Shown here: one piece after another, positions 1-7,702 of the stretch
How the letters are laid out: the number at the start of each line of letters is the position of its first letter
Numbering within the stretch: the first letter of the stretch is position 1
Assembly (NCBI RefSeq): GCF_000092105.1
Contig: NC_014148.1
Span: 1,980,001 to 2,012,000 of the forward strand
Length of the DNA: 32,000 nt
DNA from: Planctopirus limnophila DSM 3776
Lineage (GTDB): Bacteria > Planctomycetota > Planctomycetia > Planctomycetales > Planctomycetaceae
Reading direction: 5' to 3'
The notes under the pieces: model-generated
Told to the model about the DNA's origin: nothing
The model's input: only the letters and a program-made list of their open reading frames with translations
Database searches by the model: none
Translations under genes and position numbers: made by a program

Positions 1-2
1 AT

Positions 3-710
3 AATCCAACATTTCTTGGCGGGATTGCGGATCATCGCGGTGTAAAGGAACGTCGTGAATCGCCGCGATCGGGTGTCGGAACCCACGATTTCCCGACGGG
101 TTATCTGGCGAGTGTTCGGCCAGAACATCTGGAGGCAGGGAAGAGTTACGTTTATGAGACCAGATTGGTGCTGGGTTCTATCGACGAAATTCGATCGACC
201 ATTTCGAAAATGGCCGACCAATCCGGGCTGCCCGATTGGAGCTTTGAGAAAGATCGCAATGGCTGGACATGGCAAGGCTCTCAGGGTGCCCTGCAGGCGT
301 GCAAACCATTGCCTGAAGGCAAGGGGGGGTTGTCGGGTATTGTAACTTGTGGAGAAGTGAATCTCGTTTCGCCCCCCTGTGTCTGGCAGCTTGCAAAAAG
401 CCGTCGACTGACGGCCAGTCTTCAACTGGATTCAACACAACCAGTGAGGCTGGATCTCTACTGGCAACATCCCGGTGATCGTGAATTCATGCCTGGTCAG
501 ATGGTTTCGACAATGTTCCGGAAGGTGAATCAGAGTCCGAATGAAACGGGAATACCTGGCTTCGAACAAATCGAGTGGGAACTTCCGGAAACGAATGGTA
601 TCGCCGAAAAAGCACTGGTCTCTCGCTTGAGAATCAGCTTCGCTCCGACAGATCGCTCGATGCATTTACCAGTGAAAATCCAAAGTATCAGAGCGATGAC
701 CGTTCAATAA
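3..710 (+). CDS. hypothetical protein, 5'-truncated by the window edge
   Basis: This frame has no stop from nt 3 to the TAA at 708-710; the ORF track lists only the part from TTG 165. I recognise no motif. Convergent with the kinase gene. Confidence 0.45.
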   Translation, partial: NPTFLGGIADHRGVKERRESPRSGVGTHDFPTGYLASVRPEHLEAGKSYVYETRLVLGSIDEIRSTISKMADQSGLPDWSFEKDRNGWTWQGSQGALQACKPLPEGKGGLSGIVTCGEVNLVSPPCVWQLAKSRRLTASLQLDSTQPVRLDLYWQHPGDREFMPGQMVSTMFRKVNQSPNETGIPGFEQIEWELPETNGIAEKALVSRLRISFAPTDRSMHLPVKIQSIRAMTVQ

Positions 711-782
711 GCGTGTGATTCTCTGAGCTTTTCATAAGGCTTAACGCAACTATGGGCCATGCATCGACCGCGATGATGAGAT

Positions 783-2381
783 TTAATCCTCTTCTCGGCT
801 AGGTTTCTGTCCCTTGTTGATTTCTCGATTTCCCAGTGTTTTGATACGCATCTGTTCTCGCTCTTTTCTCAGTTCTTGAGCGTTGAACCACCAACCAATC
901 AAGACACAGGCCATGAGCGTGACGATCAGGACACTTCCGCCCACAATCGCGATGGCTTTCTTGGAGAATCGCCAACCAAAAACTTCTTCCCCGAGAAGCG
1001 CGTCAATTTCTGAATCGCTGAGCTGTCTGCTTTTGGCTGTTTTGGACTGCGCATTGCGGGAAGTACTTGCCTGACCACTTTTTTGGCGTCTGATTTTAGG
1101 GGCAGAAGAAAGTGGTGCCTGTGGCAGATCTTCCTCTTCCGGTTCAGCCTTGGGTGGTGGGGCAATCCATTTAAGCGAAGCAATATCGGGCCCGATGAGG
1201 AGCAGACTCAGGCATTTTGCACAACGAGCCTTTTTCCCCGCAAATTGAGGTTTGAGTGGCAGAACCTTGCCACACTCGGGGCAAGGGACACTGCCCGGGG
1301 TGCCGCGTGAAATCTTCGCCATACGCTGCGAAGCACTGTTCGCAGGCGAGGGAGTGATGGAACCACTTCGGGCAGCAGTGGCAGCTTCCCGCTCGGCGAC
1401 CATCGACGCTGTCGGTAGCGTGACTGTTCCACTAGCGGCAAGACGCGAAGAGCTTCTTTGAGAGGCGGCTTCCAGCACCGCTTCAGCGAACTCGACACAG
1501 TTGGCGTAACGCCGGGCCTGATTTTTGGCCAGGCCTTTGATGACGGCCTCTGAAAGTCGGTCAGAGAGATTCGCCTGATACTTACTCAACGGGGGAATCT
1601 TCATCCCTGTCTGATTCACCATGGTGGCGGAGGCTGTGGGACCTTCCACGGGAACACAGCCCGCTAAACATTCGTAGACAGTCATGGCCAGAGAGTACTG
1701 GTCAACACGACCATCGATCGCGTGGCCCATAATCAACTCTGGAGCCACATAGTTCGGTGTCCCGACGAGAAATCCGGCTGCTGTCAGCGATGCATCTCGC
1801 TTGGCAGGTTCTTCCTGGGTGGCAGAAAGTGCTTTGGCGAGACCAAAATCACTGAGGTAGGCATTTCCAAACTGATCAAAGAGAATATTGGCCGGTTTGA
1901 CATCGCGGTGAATGAAATGTTGCTGATGGATGAAATCGAGAGCGCGGGCGACGTTCATCAGCCAGTCTTGCAACGATGATGGAGGTTGTGCGACCTGCTG
2001 TGAGCCTTCGTAAATGCGATCTCGCAAACTGCCACCCGAAAGATACTGCATCACCACATAGGGCACACCTTCGTGATCACCCACATCGTGGATTGTGACG
2101 ATATGCGGATGCTTGAGCTGTACCAGAGAGCGAATTTCCCGCTGGAATCGTTCCGCAAACTCCGGATCGCTCAACGTGGCGGCAGTCGGCACTTTAAGAA
2201 CGACTTCGGTCTGCAAACGGGCATCAAAAGCCCGGTAGACCAGACCCATACTCCCTTCGCCCAGTTTGGAGCGAACTTCGTAGCGAGCCCCATCAATGAC
2301 GACACCAGCTATGTCGGTCTTGACGGACATGGGAAGCAACTCGTAATGAGGTCTGGCGGGAGGAATCACTGGCAACAACAC
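783..2381 (-). CDS. Hanks-type serine/threonine protein kinase with zinc-ribbon and C-terminal membrane anchor
   Basis: Gly-rich loop GEGSMGLVY, VLKVP lysine, catalytic loop HRDVKPANIL, DFGLAK and GTPNYVAPE. Zinc ribbon CPEC-x17-CAKC. Hydrophobic helix AIAIVGGSVLIVTLMACVLIGWWF near the C-terminus. Position 2381 is a GTG; ATG at 2330 is an alternative start. Confidence 0.9.
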   Translation of the reverse strand: MLLPVIPPARPHYELLPMSVKTDIAGVVIDGARYEVRSKLGEGSMGLVYRAFDARLQTEVVLKVPTAATLSDPEFAERFQREIRSLVQLKHPHIVTIHDVGDHEGVPYVVMQYLSGGSLRDRIYEGSQQVAQPPSSLQDWLMNVARALDFIHQQHFIHRDVKPANILFDQFGNAYLSDFGLAKALSATQEEPAKRDASLTAAGFLVGTPNYVAPELIMGHAIDGRVDQYSLAMTVYECLAGCVPVEGPTASATMVNQTGMKIPPLSKYQANLSDRLSEAVIKGLAKNQARRYANCVEFAEAVLEAASQRSSSRLAASGTVTLPTASMVAEREAATAARSGSITPSPANSASQRMAKISRGTPGSVPCPECGKVLPLKPQFAGKKARCAKCLSLLLIGPDIASLKWIAPPPKAEPEEEDLPQAPLSSAPKIRRQKSGQASTSRNAQSKTAKSRQLSDSEIDALLGEEVFGWRFSKKAIAIVGGSVLIVTLMACVLIGWWFNAQELRKEREQMRIKTLGNREINKGQKPSREED

Positions 2382-2774
2382 TTAGCCCGGGCAATCACTC
2401 AGGCCAACTGGCGTAAGTCCCACATACTCAAATCCTTGAGCACTGGTACAACTTAAAGATATCAGGCTTGGAATCGCAAGTTGCGAAAGCGTGAGTAATT
2501 CTTCATAAACCAGTTCCCTATATTCAGCGACGCCAAATCAGCTTTGGAAACGCCTCGAATCAGAGTGATTTCCAATGGCTGTGGTTAGCAGTTGTTCTGG
2601 CACAACCTGTTGTTGTTCAAGGCTTTCCGGGGATTTTCTCAATGGTTTAGCACGCGGCATTCAGAGATTTAAGAAGGCTTATGACTTGACCAATCGCCAG
2701 ACATCGCGACAAAGTTCCTTATCGAGAATTTTTTTTCGAACTGGGAACAGCGGTTGATAAAGGAGAGTTCCGCC

Positions 2775-3476
2775 ATGATTCGCCAAAACTTCCCGGCTCA
2801 GAGCATGACGAAATTGCGATCAGAGCAGGCTTTGACAGAGCGTTTTTTCACCGAACGATGGTTATGCCTCGTTTTGTCGTGCTTGTGCATTTCCTGCCTG
2901 ACGGCCAGCTCTGCCTTGGCTCAGATCTCTCCTTCAGCGACAGAGGCCCAGTTAAAGATTTCGAATCGAAGTTGGGCTGATCTCATTGCCATGTTGCCGA
3001 TGTATCGCGGCAAAGTTGTTGTCATCGACCTGTGGTCAACATCGTGTGATCCCTGCCTGAAGGAGTATCCTGGGATTCTGGCTCTGCAGAAAAAGTATCC
3101 CCAGGAAATCGTCTGTGTTTCGATGAATTGCGATTACATCGGTGTCAAAACTAAACCCGTCGAATATTACAGACCGCGAGTTGTTGAGTTTCTTCAGTCT
3201 CAAAATTCGAACATTGTCCATCTGATGTGCAATGAGCCTGCCGACGAGCTCTTCGAAAAACTCAAGCTCGACTCGATACCTGCTGTCTACGTTTTTGATC
3301 AGCAGGGCCAGCAGGTCAAAAGGTTCGATGGTCAATACACCCGCGAAGGCAGTAATGCCTCTGCGACTCAATCACCAGGAAAACCAGCCGCAGATTCTGA
3401 GGAAGACGAAGAGGAGTCCAAGTTCTCCTATATAGAAGATGTCGCCCCTTTCGTGGAAAAGTTGCTGAAAAAATGA
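2775..3476 (+). CDS. exported TlpA/ResA-like thioredoxin-fold thiol-disulfide oxidoreductase
   Basis: Signal/anchor segment WLCLVLSCLCISCLTASSALAQ. Redox motif VVVIDLWSTSCDPCLKEYP. AGGAG at 2761-2765 lies nine nt before ATG 2775; the ORF track starts at an upstream TTG 2754. Acidic tail SEEDEEES. Confidence 0.8.
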   Translation: MIRQNFPAQSMTKLRSEQALTERFFTERWLCLVLSCLCISCLTASSALAQISPSATEAQLKISNRSWADLIAMLPMYRGKVVVIDLWSTSCDPCLKEYPGILALQKKYPQEIVCVSMNCDYIGVKTKPVEYYRPRVVEFLQSQNSNIVHLMCNEPADELFEKLKLDSIPAVYVFDQQGQQVKRFDGQYTREGSNASATQSPGKPAADSEEDEEESKFSYIEDVAPFVEKLLKK

Positions 3477-3593
3477 TGTGCCAGGCTATGGCAACAAACA
3501 TTGAGCCTGCGGCTTTACCCGACACAGCCAGTGTCTTCCCTTCAAAGCCGACCAACTTCTTGCGACCGGTCAAAACTATGCTTAGCGAACATC

Positions 3594-4175
3594 ATGCCCA
3601 GTGAGAAAACGCTCAATCTTCCCAACAGCATTACGGTGCTGCGATTTTTCCTGGGGATTATTGTCTTCGCGATGATTGATCGAGGAGGCTGGTGGATCGC
3701 CACGGCTGTGCTCTTTGTGATTGCCGTGGCGACCGATGTGCTGGATGGCTACATCGCCCGCAAATACAACATTGTGACAACCTTTGGACGGATTGTTGAC
3801 CCCTTCGTCGATAAGTTCATTACGACAGGAGTGTTTCTGTTTCTGCTCCCCATCAGCCAGCAATCCGGTGTCACAGCCTGGATGGTGATTGCTGTTCTGG
3901 CCAGAGAAATGCTCGTGACCAGTCTCCGGGGATTTCTCGAACAGAAAGGGCATGATTTCTCTGCCAGCGGCTGGGGCAAACTCAAAATGTTTCTGCAATG
4001 TGCCGGTGCCACAGCGGCTTTACTACTGATGGACGAAAGGCTCCGTGCCGTTCCGGGCCTGTTGCTCACCAGGGATCTCCTCCTCTGGTTGATGACCATC
4101 GTCACCGTTTACACAGGCTGGATCTACATTGTTCGAGCAGCGTCAATCCTGCGGAAAGAATCGCAATCCGAATAG
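3594..4175 (+). CDS. pgsA: CDP-alcohol phosphatidyltransferase (phosphatidylglycerophosphate synthase type)
   Basis: Family signature DG-x2-AR-x8-G-x3-D-x3-D is present as DGYIARKYNIVTTFGRIVDPFVD. Several hydrophobic helices. Start placed at ATG 3594 (MPSEKTLNLPNSITVLRF), matching typical family N-termini; the track start 3501 is an alternative. Confidence 0.8.
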   Translation: MPSEKTLNLPNSITVLRFFLGIIVFAMIDRGGWWIATAVLFVIAVATDVLDGYIARKYNIVTTFGRIVDPFVDKFITTGVFLFLLPISQQSGVTAWMVIAVLAREMLVTSLRGFLEQKGHDFSASGWGKLKMFLQCAGATAALLLMDERLRAVPGLLLTRDLLLWLMTIVTVYTGWIYIVRAASILRKESQSE

Positions 4176-4321
4176 ATCATCTCACTCCTCAAAAAATGCT
4201 CGTGAGTAATTGATCGCTGCTGATTCTCAGACGTGGCGAGTTCAGTTAAACTTCGAGCCAACCCGACTCGGGAAATCAGCCTGGTAAGTCTTGAATTTAT
4301 CGTCTGTCAGGATCAATCGTC

Positions 4322-5503
4322 ATGGTCGACATTTTGGCTGCCGTAACGCAGCCTGTTTCACAAGAACGAATGGTCTGGCTGAAGGGGGTTCGCAGCGTCG
4401 TCGTCAAGGTTGGTACAAATGTTCTATCAGACGCCAATGACCAGCTTGATGACCAGCGGATTGCACATCTGGCAAGCCAACTCCATGGGATTGTCGCATC
4501 CGGGCGAAAAGTTGTGCTGGTTTCGAGTGGTGCCATTGGGGCGGGGATGAGTCTTTTGGGGCTCAAGACTCGACCCAAAGACTTGCCTCACTTACAGGCG
4601 GCGGCGGCCACTGGCCAGGCACATCTGATTGAGACGTATGATCGGCATTTTCGCCGATTTGGTTTTCATGCCGCTCAATTGCTGCTCACAGCCAATGATT
4701 TCAAGAACCGGTCGAGATATCTGAATGTCCGCAACACACTGCTGACACTTGGTGAATACAACACCATTCCGATTGTGAATGAGAATGACACCGTCAGCAC
4801 TCAGGAAATCAAACTGGGGGATAACGATCGCCTGGCGGCGATGGTTGCGAATCTGATCCCTGCTGATCTGCTGATTGTCCTTTCGGTTGTCGATGGTTTG
4901 CTTACGGGTGATCCATCCTCCCCGGAAAGTCGGCGGATACCGATTGTCGAGCGATTTGACGAAGATCTACTTTCGCTCGTCGGCGCCAGCAAAAGCAGTC
5001 GTGGGACAGGGGGTATGCGCAGCAAACTGGAATCTGTGAGAACAGCAACGGCTGTGGGGACACATGTGGTCATTGCTCATGGCAAGTGTGATGGAGTGAT
5101 CGAATCGATCCTTGAAGGAAAAGATGTCGGAACTTTCTTTGCAGCCGAGCAACAGGCGATTCCTGCCTGGAAGCGATGGATTGGTTTCACCTTGCCACCG
5201 AAAGGACGCCTGCAACTGGATGCCGGTGCTCGGAACGCTGTCGAGCATCTCGGTCGATCACTTCTGGCAATTGGAGTGGTGGGTGTCGAAGGAGACTTTG
5301 AAAAAGGGGAAGTCGTCTCGCTGGTCGATTCTGAGGGCGAAGAGTTTGCCCGTGGGCTCGTCAATTACGATGCCGTTTCAGCCAGAGCTGTGGCTGGCAA
5401 GAAACGCGAGGAGATGGCGAAGATTCTGGGGGAGATTCCTTACGACGAAGTGATTCACCGAGATAATCTGGTGGTCACTTCGATCCCGACAGGACAGGCA
5501 TAA
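4322..5503 (+). CDS. proB: glutamate 5-kinase with C-terminal PUA domain
   Basis: Amino-acid-kinase motifs VVVKVGTNVL, VSSGAIGAG, VNENDTVS and GTGGMRSKL. PUA-like C-terminus (LQLDAGARNAV...GDFEKGEVVSLVD...GLVNYD). No proA follows. Confidence 0.93.
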   Translation: MVDILAAVTQPVSQERMVWLKGVRSVVVKVGTNVLSDANDQLDDQRIAHLASQLHGIVASGRKVVLVSSGAIGAGMSLLGLKTRPKDLPHLQAAAATGQAHLIETYDRHFRRFGFHAAQLLLTANDFKNRSRYLNVRNTLLTLGEYNTIPIVNENDTVSTQEIKLGDNDRLAAMVANLIPADLLIVLSVVDGLLTGDPSSPESRRIPIVERFDEDLLSLVGASKSSRGTGGMRSKLESVRTATAVGTHVVIAHGKCDGVIESILEGKDVGTFFAAEQQAIPAWKRWIGFTLPPKGRLQLDAGARNAVEHLGRSLLAIGVVGVEGDFEKGEVVSLVDSEGEEFARGLVNYDAVSARAVAGKKREEMAKILGEIPYDEVIHRDNLVVTSIPTGQA

Positions 5504-5651
5504 TCGGTCGGGACCATGCACAAATTGCCAGTGATGCTCGAATTTACGCAGGTCAAGGCAGAATGATTTGCCTTTCCTCGCCTGTGAACTACGGTTCCAG
5601 CAACCGGTTTTCTCCAAATATCTGTTCAACTCTTAGGTTGGCAAGGCGATC

Positions 5652-5795
5652 ATGGAAACCTTCTGGGAGTACATCTATTTCTATCAGGCCTATTCCCAAG
5701 ACAGGTGGCGACACCTGCAGCCCTGGGAATATGGCGTGATCCTCTCAGCCGTCGGTGCGATTGGCTGGTGGCTGATGAGATTCAAAAAACGCTAA
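5652..5795 (+). CDS. candidate small membrane protein (47 aa), below the ORF-track length cut-off
   Basis: My own translation: METFWEYIYFYQAYSQDRWRHLQPWEYGVILSAVGAIGWWLMRFKKR. One hydrophobic helix followed by a basic RFKKR end. In-frame TAG at 5634-5636 upstream. Weak AAGG five nt before the ATG. Confidence 0.3.
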   Translation: METFWEYIYFYQAYSQDRWRHLQPWEYGVILSAVGAIGWWLMRFKKR

Positions 5796-5811
5796 AAACT
5801 CCAAGCATTGG

Positions 5812-6477
5812 CTATTTGCCTTGCTTGGCGGCATGGACAGCACGAAGTTCCTGCCGTTGCCCCCAGACATAGAAGAAATATCCGAGGACGACTCCCACTG
5901 CAGTGGCGGAGAGCACCGACGCAGCACTCTGCGGGAAGGTGGAGTTTTCAGTCGCTGCCTGTGTGGTGAAGACCAGTCCCACCAGGCTGATGGCCAGCCC
6001 CAGCGCATCACTCAAGATCTCGGTGAAGCTGATGTGCAGTTTCATCAGGACGACCAGTTTGCCAATTACCAGTTGCAGGGCAAAGCTCACCACACCGGTT
6101 GTCATGAGTGCAAAGGCCACCCAGTAGAGCCACGGATGACCGATCAGTTCTGCCAGTTTGTAGATGGGATCAAGAATTCCTGCGGAGAGCTTCTGAGCTT
6201 CCGGGCTCGCATCGAGAGTGCGACCGATTTCTTCAATCTTGGCCTCGCCTTGTTTGATGATTGAATCGGTCCCGTCGCCCGGTGGTTTGGATGTGGACTC
6301 TGCAGATGTGGTGTCGGCAGGCTTCTCCTGCGTGGTCTCGCCGGCAGTTTCCGTAGCGGCTTCTTGAGCAAATGCAGCCCCGCTTGAAGGAAGAGTTGTT
6401 AAGTCGTTGATGGGGGCAAAGCCTGCACAAATCATGCAACTCAACGAAACGAAAAGCATGCGAGCAAATCTGGGCAT
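5812..6477 (-). CDS. hypothetical exported/integral membrane protein
   Basis: Signal-like N-terminus MPRFARMLFVSLSCMICAGFA, an acidic T/E/P-rich linker, then about three hydrophobic helices (WLYWVAFALMTTGVVSFALQLVIG, LGLAISLVGLVFT, VLSATAVGVVLGYFFYVW). No recognised domain. Confidence 0.6.
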   Translation of the reverse strand: MPRFARMLFVSLSCMICAGFAPINDLTTLPSSGAAFAQEAATETAGETTQEKPADTTSAESTSKPPGDGTDSIIKQGEAKIEEIGRTLDASPEAQKLSAGILDPIYKLAELIGHPWLYWVAFALMTTGVVSFALQLVIGKLVVLMKLHISFTEILSDALGLAISLVGLVFTTQAATENSTFPQSAASVLSATAVGVVLGYFFYVWGQRQELRAVHAAKQGK

Positions 6478-6611
6478 GGTCTAAGCCTTGTCGGGAAGTG
6501 TGGTCTCAAGAGTTTCAATGATCGCTTCGCAGAATAGCACGTGTTGAAGCTCAGTGGCCATGTACGAAACTTGTCATACATTGGATTCATCGAACTTTCA
6601 GATTTTTTGAA

Positions 6612-6965
6612 TCATGGGGGATCATACCCTCCCGGATTCCAGGGATGACATCTGGTAATTCGATAAAGTCCTTTGAATGTGCCCCAGATGGGCCCGTACT
6701 TCTTCACTGCCAGGATGAAATACTGACTGCAGGAGGGATGAAACCGGCAGACGGGGCCCAGGAGCGGGCTGATGGTCCACTGGTAGACCTTTACCGCCGC
6801 AATCAGTACGAATGACAAAATCCAGCTGATAGCAGACAGGAGAAAGACACCGATCAAAGAGCATCGGGTGAATATCAAGTTCTGCCCGACAGACTGCTGA
6901 GGGGTGCTTTCGAGCGAGTCAACGGGTGGAGTATTCCTTTCAGATTTGTCGTTGTCTTCACTCAT
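6612..6965 (-). CDS. yidD: membrane protein insertion efficiency factor YidD, with N-terminal extension
   Basis: Hallmark [22 protein letters not shown]...[15 protein letters not shown]. About 45 extra N-terminal residues. The start overlaps the rnpA stop in an ATGA (6962-6965). Confidence 0.85.
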   Translation of the reverse strand: MSEDNDKSERNTPPVDSLESTPQQSVGQNLIFTRCSLIGVFLLSAISWILSFVLIAAVKVYQWTISPLLGPVCRFHPSCSQYFILAVKKYGPIWGTFKGLYRITRCHPWNPGGYDPP

Positions 6966-7450
6966 TCCGAAGATCCCTGGGGCGTCTGGGAATTTTCTGA
7001 CACACCCGGACTTGCCTCTGCGTCGGTGGTTTCTGGTGCTGAGGCAAGTGTGTTCGATGTCTGTGGGATTCTCCGATCCAGTTTTCGACTGAGTTTCACG
7101 AGAGATTGCTTGACCTGATCGAGCGTCAAAGGTGTCGTGGCGATGGGCACCACAATCAGATCCAGCCCTGGAGGACGCTCATGTTGAGTCAACCGGAAGG
7201 CTTCGCGAATCAATCGCTTCTCGCGATTGCGCACCACGGCATTTCCTCGCCGCTTCGAAACGGAAAGACCCAGGCGGGTGATTGACAGATCTTCGTTTTG
7301 AGTTTCTGTAGTCCGTTGATTGGGAACATGGGCTGATCGTCGTCTGGCAAAGACCAGCAACACCCCATCGGCCACTTTCTGTTTGTGGCGATAGACCAGC
7401 TCGAACTCGGCAGGTCGCCTTAGATGCTGGGCTTTGACAAATCGGTACAT
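6962..7450 (-). CDS. rnpA: ribonuclease P protein component
   Basis: [14 protein letters not shown]...[29 protein letters not shown] (RNR-type motif). Immediately upstream of and overlapping yidD. Extra S/T/E/P-rich C-terminal tail. Confidence 0.85.
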   Translation of the reverse strand: MYRFVKAQHLRRPAEFELVYRHKQKVADGVLLVFARRRSAHVPNQRTTETQNEDLSITRLGLSVSKRRGNAVVRNREKRLIREAFRLTQHERPPGLDLIVVPIATTPLTLDQVKQSLVKLSRKLDRRIPQTSNTLASAPETTDAEASPGVSENSQTPQGSSE

Positions 7451-7702
7451 AAGCTAACCATGTTCGGGAAATCTTCAGACAGTCCATCAAGCCGACGCTG
7501 TTTTGCAGAATGGAATTGGTGTTTCTTCTGACAAGTAACCACACGAGAACTGGCGGGAATTCAGATCGTGGTCGGCAGGCTCTCGACGTCTCTGGAACTG
7601 TGGAGTATTGTCTTAGGCCATCAGCACATCATATCTCATTCTTTGCGCAGGTTCGCTGTCGAGTTTACAATCGATCGCAAACCAGGAAAGTCGTGGATTC
7701 AC

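Noticed and set aside
323-329. G7 homopolymer inside the first (truncated) CDS as a possible phase-variation tract
   Set aside because: Seven residues is at or below the length at which slipped-strand switching is usually significant. There is no evidence of a contingency locus.
2575-2757. 60-aa ORF in the kinase/TlpA divergent spacer
   Set aside because: It is Cys/Ser/Arg-rich with odd composition and no SD, and it runs through the T8 tract. It is probably non-coding promoter DNA.
5555-5574. Hairpin AAGGCA-N8-TGCCTT after proB as a terminator
   Set aside because: It has only a 6-bp stem and is followed by TCCTCG rather than a U-tract, so it is too weak to call.
6481-6561. 26-codon minus-strand uORF (MATELQHVLFCEAIIETLETTLPDKA) ending 3 nt before the start of the 5812-6477 gene
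   Set aside because: It has no SD and no recognisable leader-peptide logic. An ORF this short is expected by chance, and it cannot be supported without conservation data.
7451-7702. Search for rpmH (L34) or an ncRNA in the spacer upstream of rnpA
   Set aside because: All three minus-strand frames were translated by hand. Only very short ORFs were found, none Lys/Arg-rich, and I saw no convincing extended helices.
7568-7702. GTG-initiated 45-residue N-terminal extension of the AroD/AroE-like ORF given by the ORF track
   Set aside because: The extension has no similarity to AroD N-termini. MICISV at ATG 7703 matches the start of type-I dehydroquinases.
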